The notes under the pieces were generated by a model, which was not told the origin of the DNA, made no database searches, and saw only the letters and a list, made by a program, of their open reading frames with translations. A stretch of DNA of 44,545 nucleotides, taken from Escherichia coli (GTDB taxonomy: Bacteria > Pseudomonadota > Gammaproteobacteria > Enterobacterales > Enterobacteriaceae). Positions 39,041 through 44,545 of the stretch are shown here, in pieces. The stretch's first letter is position 1, and each line of letters opens with the position of its first letter. A program made the translations under genes and the position numbers. Where the stretch lies: NCBI RefSeq assembly GCF_003334385.1, contig NZ_QOWN01000035.1; one strand, 5' to 3'.

Positions 39041-40372
39041 TTACTGCCCCAAAGATGGAAGATATCCGTAGCGATTAATGAAGTCGATTGACAGCTCGGG
39101 GTGCTGCTTCAGGTAATCTATAGAAGCCTGAGGCGCTTCCACTCGCTTGATACCGTTTTGCTGAACGTACTTACCAACCGCCTCATTACGCTTCTGGTTG
39201 AGCGTGTTCAGGATGACGCCAGCGTTGCGACGAAAGGACTCCTCGCTCTGCGAGTTCTGCAGCGAACCAACAGCCTGGTCGAGCTTTTTGCCCTCGGCAT
39301 CAGAAAGTGCGCCCATGCCTCGCATGGCCTGAACCGCTGTCAGGTATGCTTGTGATTTAAAGGTATCAAGTCGTGCCTGAGTGTCTGCAGCCTGTGAGCC
39401 TGGAACGTTGGGGATTACTCCACGTAAGCCTGTAATGCTCTTAAGTGAAGGAGAACTAACGATATCGTTCAGAGTGAACATGCTGGTTGTGATGGTGTTG
39501 ATGCCGTCTTTGTAGCCATCATTTAGCGCTTGCTGCTTCTGCTGCAACTGCTGGTTGTTGGCTGCTATGCGGCTCTGTATTTCCTGGCGCTTCAGGTCGT
39601 TAGTTTCTGCTGATAGCATCCGGTCAAGGCGCTTATTTTCGTTGTTAATGCGGTTTGTTTCTGCGTCCAGATTAATGCGCTGCTGACCTAAATTCGCCTG
39701 GATATCTTGTCCGCGCATTGTGATTGCCTGATTCCGAGCGGCGGTTTGCGAATCCAGATCCTGACCGCGCATGGTAACCTGTCGACCCTGCATTTTATCC
39801 TGTAGGTCAAAGTATTTTTCGGGCCCGAGACTGTTCATCCCCAGGTGATCGACAAATTCGCCGAACTGCCGCGGGTTCTGTTGGTACATCTGAGCGACGT
39901 CATGAGGATTAACGCCAACACGAGCTAACTCACCGGCGTTGTTTTGCAGCCATGATTGCATTGCTTCTGGAGAAGATGACGCAAGACGTGCGCCAGCCGC
40001 TAATGTACCGATAGAATTACGCTGGTCTTCATCAATGAATCCCATGCCTTTACGAACGGATTCAATCTGGTCTGGATATTGAGTAGCCAACTGACGCAAA
40101 GCACCGCGATCACCAGAAGCATAAGCATTAGCGTATGCCTGCTGAAATTCTTTCTGCCGCTGAGCCTGCTTTTCCTGCTGAAACACCCCCGCAATACCTG
40201 AAAGGCCTTGCAAAGCAGTCAGCCCAACATTGTTAGCGCCTGAACGCTCAATATCATTGTTCTGCCTGATAAGCTGAAGCGTATTGCCGATGTCATTTAC
40301 GCTCGGAGCGTTTGAGTTGACGCCGCCGATACCAGCCAACAATCCGCCGTTTGTTCCTTGCCAAGTAGCCAT
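39041..40372 (-). CDS. ejection protein at the P22 gp20 position, 443 aa
   Basis: Called by position and size (P22 gp20 is of similar length) and by Gln/Asn-rich low-complexity composition; stop abuts the start of the next gene (coupled). Confidence 0.55.
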   Translation of the reverse strand: MATWQGTNGGLLAGIGGVNSNAPSVNDIGNTLQLIRQNNDIERSGANNVGLTALQGLSGIAGVFQQEKQAQRQKEFQQAYANAYASGDRGALRQLATQYPDQIESVRKGMGFIDEDQRNSIGTLAAGARLASSSPEAMQSWLQNNAGELARVGVNPHDVAQMYQQNPRQFGEFVDHLGMNSLGPEKYFDLQDKMQGRQVTMRGQDLDSQTAARNQAITMRGQDIQANLGQQRINLDAETNRINNENKRLDRMLSAETNDLKRQEIQSRIAANNQQLQQKQQALNDGYKDGINTITTSMFTLNDIVSSPSLKSITGLRGVIPNVPGSQAADTQARLDTFKSQAYLTAVQAMRGMGALSDAEGKKLDQAVGSLQNSQSEESFRRNAGVILNTLNQKRNEAVGKYVQQNGIKRVEAPQASIDYLKQHPELSIDFINRYGYLPSLGQ

Positions 40373-40381
40373 GATTACCCC

Positions 40382-41074
40382 TTAAAACAACGAGCCAAGC
40401 AATCCGATACCAGCACCAATTCCAGCGCCCCAAGGCGTTGATGTTCCCAAAAGGCTGGCAAGACCTGCACCGGCAATCGCACCAGACGTGCCACCGCTAA
40501 TTGCAGTCTGAAGACTTGATGGTTTGTTGGCATTAGCAGCGGCAAGAGCTGCGCTTTGCTGTGCAATGCTGCTCATGTTGTTGGCGTACGTCTGCCCGGC
40601 GTTTGCCTGACCTTGCAGAGCACCAAGCCCAACGTTTGCCAGATTGTTGTAATTGCTCATCTGGTTTGATAACCAAGACTGACCGAGAGTCGGCGCGATC
40701 GTAGCCAGTTGATTGCTTGTGGCTGTCGAACCAAGTCCACCCGTCGCCTCCGCAGCAGCGAGACTCTGGTAACGCGCCTGACCTGCAAGGTCTTTATACT
40801 GCTGAGAGTTGTAATACTGATTAAGTGCCTGCCCCTGACCTTCTAAACTGGAAAGGTTCTGAAGCTGGTTAACATACTGTTCCGCAAGAGGCGTGAACGG
40901 AGCAAGGTTTTTCATGATCGTCTGCCACTGCTGATTTTGCAGGTCTGCTGCATACTTCTGAGCTTCTGCGGCATACTTTGCGCTTTTATCAGAACTGCCA
41001 CCTTTCCCACCCTTTTCAGGGCAATAAGGTTCCTCGCCGCGCAGTTTTCTGCCCAGCTTAAATGCATATAACAT
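40382..41074 (-). CDS. ejection protein at the P22 gp7 position, 230 aa
   Basis: Size and position match P22 gp7; Gly/Ala-rich C-terminus ending in a hydrophobic tail (GAGIGAGIGLLGSLF). Confidence 0.55.
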   Translation of the reverse strand: MLYAFKLGRKLRGEEPYCPEKGGKGGSSDKSAKYAAEAQKYAADLQNQQWQTIMKNLAPFTPLAEQYVNQLQNLSSLEGQGQALNQYYNSQQYKDLAGQARYQSLAAAEATGGLGSTATSNQLATIAPTLGQSWLSNQMSNYNNLANVGLGALQGQANAGQTYANNMSSIAQQSAALAAANANKPSSLQTAISGGTSGAIAGAGLASLLGTSTPWGAGIGAGIGLLGSLF

Positions 41075-41076
41075 GG

Positions 41077-41532
41077 CTATCTCCCGTGATTCAGGAAGTC
41101 GATTAGTTCTTCGCGTGTGGCGCTGTAAAAAGTCACGTCATCCACGCCTTTGAAGTATTTCTTGATGGTTCCTACACGCTTAAGGCCAATCATTGCGCAG
41201 TACATCTGACCGTGGCGGAATTTGCGTGCAGCGAACGATGTTACGCACTGAACGGTGGTGTTAGTCAGAATGTATCGCCAGAACGCCAGCCCGATTTCCT
41301 TGCTGAATCCACGAACCTCTGGCAGGTACATGGCGTGGCAATCGAATGTCAGCGGCTGAATCTCCTGATAGTAAACAATGCCGCCGAACTGCCCGTGCAC
41401 GTTCACCTCAAAGTAACGGCAATCATGTTTATAGTCGTATCCATCACCGTTGTTGCTCCCGGCAATAATGTCAGGGTGATTTCCGACTGCTTCGATCAGG
41501 TCGATGTTTCGCGTTGGTTTGAACTGAATCAT
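41077..41532 (-). CDS. hypothetical virion-associated protein at the P22 gp14 position, 151 aa
   Basis: Position between tail needle and ejection genes; translationally coupled (ATGA overlap) to the tail-needle gene. No family recognised. Confidence 0.45.
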   Translation of the reverse strand: MIQFKPTRNIDLIEAVGNHPDIIAGSNNGDGYDYKHDCRYFEVNVHGQFGGIVYYQEIQPLTFDCHAMYLPEVRGFSKEIGLAFWRYILTNTTVQCVTSFAARKFRHGQMYCAMIGLKRVGTIKKYFKGVDDVTFYSATREELIDFLNHGR

Positions 41533-42380
41533 TACTGCTCCGCGATTATCTTGATGGTTGTGGCAGTAAACGCCGCACCATTTGACTGAATGGTTAACGT
41601 ACTGCCATTTGTGGCAAGAAAGCCGTCTTTATCCACGCTGAAGAACGTAGCTAACAGGATGTTATCGGTTGTTGTCGCCGCATTACGACTGCTGACCAAC
41701 GTGTCAGGAACAGAGCCGGAAAAGGTTAGCTGCATTGATCTGTTGGCGGTTCCGCTGGGCCACGTCCCGACAATCGACAGCTTGAAGAACAAGGGTTTGT
41801 TCTCGTTGAACACAACCATCTTGTTGTTAACGGTGTCGAAGAATGGTGCCAACGTTCCGGATGACGGCGTGAGCGTTTTCAGCAGGCTAACAAGGTTGGT
41901 CGGCGCTGTCGGGATGGTTACTGATACGCCAGAGTAAACAACCTCTGACTTCTTGCGAGCAGTGGCATACTCCAGAGCATCGATGCGCGTTTCATGGTCT
42001 GAAACCTGCGATTCCAGCGACTGAACTCTGGTATCAAGCGACGCAATATCGCTTTCATTCTGAGCTATTCGTGTTTCATGTTCCTGAAGAGTTGATTCTG
42101 CCTGGCTGATTCGCTCCTCATGATTAACAAGCGTTGCTTCCGCAGCAGAAATTCGCTGCTCATGGTCAGCGAGAATCACATCCTGCTCATCGTTCCTGAC
42201 CTGTGCATCATAAGCGCCCTGTCCGGCCTCGTTGGCCTTGTTAGCCACGTTACCAACATCAGTGCCCTGTGCGATAACGTAAAGCAGATACGACTGCGAG
42301 AAGATATTGCGTGGAAGGACTGATGTGTCGAGCCGTGTAGCCTGAATGATTACCGGCACATTGAGATTCGAATCCGCCAT
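41532..42380 (-). CDS. tail needle protein (P22 gp26-like) with an extended C-terminal domain, 282 aa
   Basis: N-terminus ...[60 protein letters not shown] resembles P22 gp26 (PVVIQATRLD...[14 protein letters not shown]...[17 protein letters not shown]); heptad-like repeats, then about 120 extra C-terminal residues. Confidence 0.8.
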   Translation of the reverse strand: MADSNLNVPVIIQATRLDTSVLPRNIFSQSYLLYVIAQGTDVGNVANKANEAGQGAYDAQVRNDEQDVILADHEQRISAAEATLVNHEERISQAESTLQEHETRIAQNESDIASLDTRVQSLESQVSDHETRIDALEYATARKKSEVVYSGVSVTIPTAPTNLVSLLKTLTPSSGTLAPFFDTVNNKMVVFNENKPLFFKLSIVGTWPSGTANRSMQLTFSGSVPDTLVSSRNAATTTDNILLATFFSVDKDGFLATNGSTLTIQSNGAAFTATTIKIIAEQ

Positions 42381-43798
42381 TACTCAATCCTTATCTGAGC
42401 GCCAGACAGAGTGACAGGTGACTTCGTGATAACGCGCAATTTGAAGCCGACATTTTTCCTGATACGCCCGACTCGCTTCCACAAAACACGCTTGTCGTAA
42501 ACGAACGGTTCATTCTGCTCAATCATCTGCTCACGACCGTAATTTATGCCGTCAGTGGTTGCAGAGAGAAAAAGGCGGTCAGCGTACTGAGCAACGCCAG
42601 TTGACGATTCAACCTCAAGGTCGAACACTCTGGCGTTATCCGCTTTGAAGAGTGGAGTAAACAGCAGGTGTTCCTGTTGCTTGTCGTACTGGCTGCTGAT
42701 ATCGAACTGCAATTTCCCGGTCACGGATTCCAGCTTATCGCCGCACGTTATTTGGTTGCCTTCGTAAATGAAGTCGATAGCGCGGTACACATCGTCATAC
42801 AGGCCCGTTTTCAGCACACACCATTGCGGACCATTAGCGCTTGAAGATGCGTCGTACACCAGAACATGGCGCGGAAGGTGGATAATCAGCAATTCATGAG
42901 CATCAAATCGCAGCGATTCCATCACGCCATCAGCCAGTTCATCAGCAGTGTAGGAGCGGAGTATTTTCTCAATGCTCGCGCTGGCGATTGGTGATACCTG
43001 ACCGGAACCGATGATATACACAGACGGCGCACCTGTTGCCGGATTGCTGATGAACGCATACGAATCAGCGAATGGCGTTTTGCAGTAAGTCCCGGCGATG
43101 CCTTTTTGCACCATCAGCGATGGCTGTGCGACATACAAAGCGGCACCAACAGTGGTTGCACCTGTCAGGGAAAAATATTCAATCGTCGATGAACCAAAGC
43201 AGACGATGAAGTCTCGCCATGTTCCGATGCCGAGGATACCGTCCGGCTGCGATTCTGCGCGATATTGTGCGCTGTAACGGTCAGGATGCGATTCGTCTTC
43301 AAGGTCAGTGATAAACCATGAATCCGTGCCGTCTTTTGACCACGCATAACGCCCACGTAAGCGTGTAATGTCGCGGACTGAACCTAACTCATACTGCGTG
43401 AATCCGCTGTCTGTAGGCCAGTTTGAGACGGTTTTAACCGTGCCATCATAGCGGTATTCGACCAGTTGACCATTAACGCCTACCGCCTGTGATGTTCTAC
43501 CATGCGCCATTGATACGCGACCACTTCCGGCAACATCACCGACTTCACTTTCTCCTTTGTACAGCTTGCCGCCACACACGCGATAAACAGCACTCTGCGC
43601 CATGTTGTACTCAACTCCGCGCGATACGCCGTTTACATCAGAACGTTTTGCAATGCCAGGGAATGAGCGAAGATATCCGCTGCTGTTCAGGATTTCTTTG
43701 GGTGTAGCCAACATATTTACTGGCAGATAGTCGATATAGTCGGCGTTTCTGAAATCTTTGCCGACGCCTTTCATGAGCGGAAGTTGCTGAATCGGCAT
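42380..43798 (-). CDS. tail accessory factor gp10-like, 472 aa
   Basis: [49 protein letters not shown]... matches the recalled P22 gp10 N-terminus and its length (472 aa). Confidence 0.8.
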   Translation of the reverse strand: MPIQQLPLMKGVGKDFRNADYIDYLPVNMLATPKEILNSSGYLRSFPGIAKRSDVNGVSRGVEYNMAQSAVYRVCGGKLYKGESEVGDVAGSGRVSMAHGRTSQAVGVNGQLVEYRYDGTVKTVSNWPTDSGFTQYELGSVRDITRLRGRYAWSKDGTDSWFITDLEDESHPDRYSAQYRAESQPDGILGIGTWRDFIVCFGSSTIEYFSLTGATTVGAALYVAQPSLMVQKGIAGTYCKTPFADSYAFISNPATGAPSVYIIGSGQVSPIASASIEKILRSYTADELADGVMESLRFDAHELLIIHLPRHVLVYDASSSANGPQWCVLKTGLYDDVYRAIDFIYEGNQITCGDKLESVTGKLQFDISSQYDKQQEHLLFTPLFKADNARVFDLEVESSTGVAQYADRLFLSATTDGINYGREQMIEQNEPFVYDKRVLWKRVGRIRKNVGFKLRVITKSPVTLSGAQIRIE

Positions 43799-43807
43799 TT
43801 ATTCACC

Positions 43808-44269
43808 TCACGTACTCGGATCATCTTTCTCGATGTAAAACCGATTCCACGTAAACGCGCTTTTGTTACCACTACCGCGAGGCATGTCATTTCGCCGCTC
43901 AAGTGGTGGTATTTTGGTTAAAGCGATACAGATTGTCTGATATGCGCTGTCGGCAGCGGTAAGGAGAGCGTCTGCCGGCTGAATGACGTTATCCATGCAC
44001 ACTTGCACAGCGAGTTTCAAAGCGACGCCATCATTTGCCCATGCAGGGATACCTGAATCATCGTCAGGTAACGGCATGATGCCGTTTTCTGTATCAGCAA
44101 ACTGATACCCAAGCTCGATACCTTTCGCCTGCCATGCTGCCATCATGTCTTCGAGGTCATTAATGGCATCTTCAATTGCCTGAGGGTCAGCATCTGTCAA
44201 CGTGGCATTGGAATACAGCCCGGCTTTTCGTAAAGCCTTTAGAACGAGATCACCCTTCGTTTTCGCCAT
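43808..44269 (-). CDS. tail accessory factor gp4-like, 153 aa
   Basis: N-terminus (MAKTKGDLVLKALRKAGLYSNATLTD...DLEDMMAAWQAKGI) resembles P22 gp4; sits directly upstream of gp10 as in P22. Confidence 0.7.
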   Translation of the reverse strand: MAKTKGDLVLKALRKAGLYSNATLTDADPQAIEDAINDLEDMMAAWQAKGIELGYQFADTENGIMPLPDDDSGIPAWANDGVALKLAVQVCMDNVIQPADALLTAADSAYQTICIALTKIPPLERRNDMPRGSGNKSAFTWNRFYIEKDDPST

Positions 44270-44438
44270 CTTCTTCCGCCTTAGCCACTTTTTGCTTCGT
44301 TGCGGTTTCTTCAGGAGTTTTTACCCAACCTTTTTTCAGGTGAGATTTAACTTCTTCGTCATCAACAATGATGTAATCGACAGCAAACTGACCACAGGTG
44401 ATCATGTTGCCCGGCTTATAGAGCATTGTTCGTGCCAT
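44250..44438 (-). CDS. small hypothetical protein with acidic/lysine-rich C-terminus, 62 aa
   Basis: ORF with a GGAGAA Shine-Dalgarno 6 nt upstream, preceded by a terminator-like hairpin; overlaps the gp4 start by 20 bp. No family recognised. Confidence 0.4.
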   Translation of the reverse strand: MARTMLYKPGNMITCGQFAVDYIIVDDEEVKSHLKKGWVKTPEETATKQKVAKAEEDGENEG

Positions 44439-44459
44439 TGTCTTCTCCCAATAAAAATG

Positions 44460-44471
44460 GGGCCGAAGCCC
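44460..44471 (-). terminator. GC hairpin plus T-tract downstream of an upstream late gene whose 3' end lies at the window edge
   Basis: On the minus strand GGGC-TTCG-GCCC followed by cATTTTTATT, then the Shine-Dalgarno and ATG of the 62-aa ORF. Confidence 0.5.
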
Positions 44472-44545
44472 ATAAGCGCTAACTTAAGGGTTGTGGTATT
44501 ACGCCTGATATGATTTAACGTGCCGATGAATTACTCTCACGATAA

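Larger units (their letters stand above)
31973..44545. mobile_element. Right-hand portion of a lambdoid prophage with a P22-like virion module, integrated at attB-lambda; continues beyond the window
   Basis: attR junction at 31973, followed by an acyltransferase, tailspike, mnt, three ejection-protein genes, gp14-like, tail needle, gp10 and gp4 homologues on the minus strand in P22 gene order. Confidence 0.85.

Noticed and set aside
44202-44513. 103-aa plus-strand ORF at the window end
   Set aside because: Antisense to gp4 and the 62-aa ORF in a block where all phage genes are on the minus strand; low-complexity translation; no start context.

Overview
The window has two parts. Positions 1 to about 31,970 are an ordinary Escherichia coli K-12-like core chromosome segment, recognised gene by gene from the translated ORFs: ybiX-ybiI-ybiJ, hcxB(ybiC)-ybiB-dinG, ybiA, rhlE, the cecR(ybiH)-ybhGFSR efflux locus, ybhQ, ybhP-clsB-ybhN, ybhM, ybhL, moaABCDE, ybhK, uvrB, the divergent bioA / bioBFCD operon and ybhB, with REP/RIP repeats, LexA boxes, the bio operator and terminators. 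At about 31,973 the host sequence runs into a phage attachment core (TTAGTATAAAAAAGC, the reverse complement of the lambda core GCTTTTTTATACTAA) followed by a lambda-like P arm, so 31,973 to the window end is the right (attR) end of a prophage inserted at attB-lambda next to bio. The prophage continues past the window end; its integrase end is not in view. The prophage part is the interesting region. It is a mosaic: lambda-type integration site, but a P22-like podovirus virion module (gp4, gp10, tail needle, gp14-, gp7-, gp20- and gp16-position ejection proteins, tailspike). It also carries an AT-rich acyltransferase-3 (Oac-like) gene plus a divergent tailspike receptor-binding domain, an Mnt-like repressor with no arc/ant partner, and a gp16-position ejection protein with an N-terminal lytic transglycosylase domain. 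One unexplained signal is a 26-bp perfect inverted match (plus similar hairpin, T-tract and RBS) between the region just upstream of ybiX and a phage intergenic region near the window end. All calls rest on reading the sequence and recalled protein families; no searches were run.
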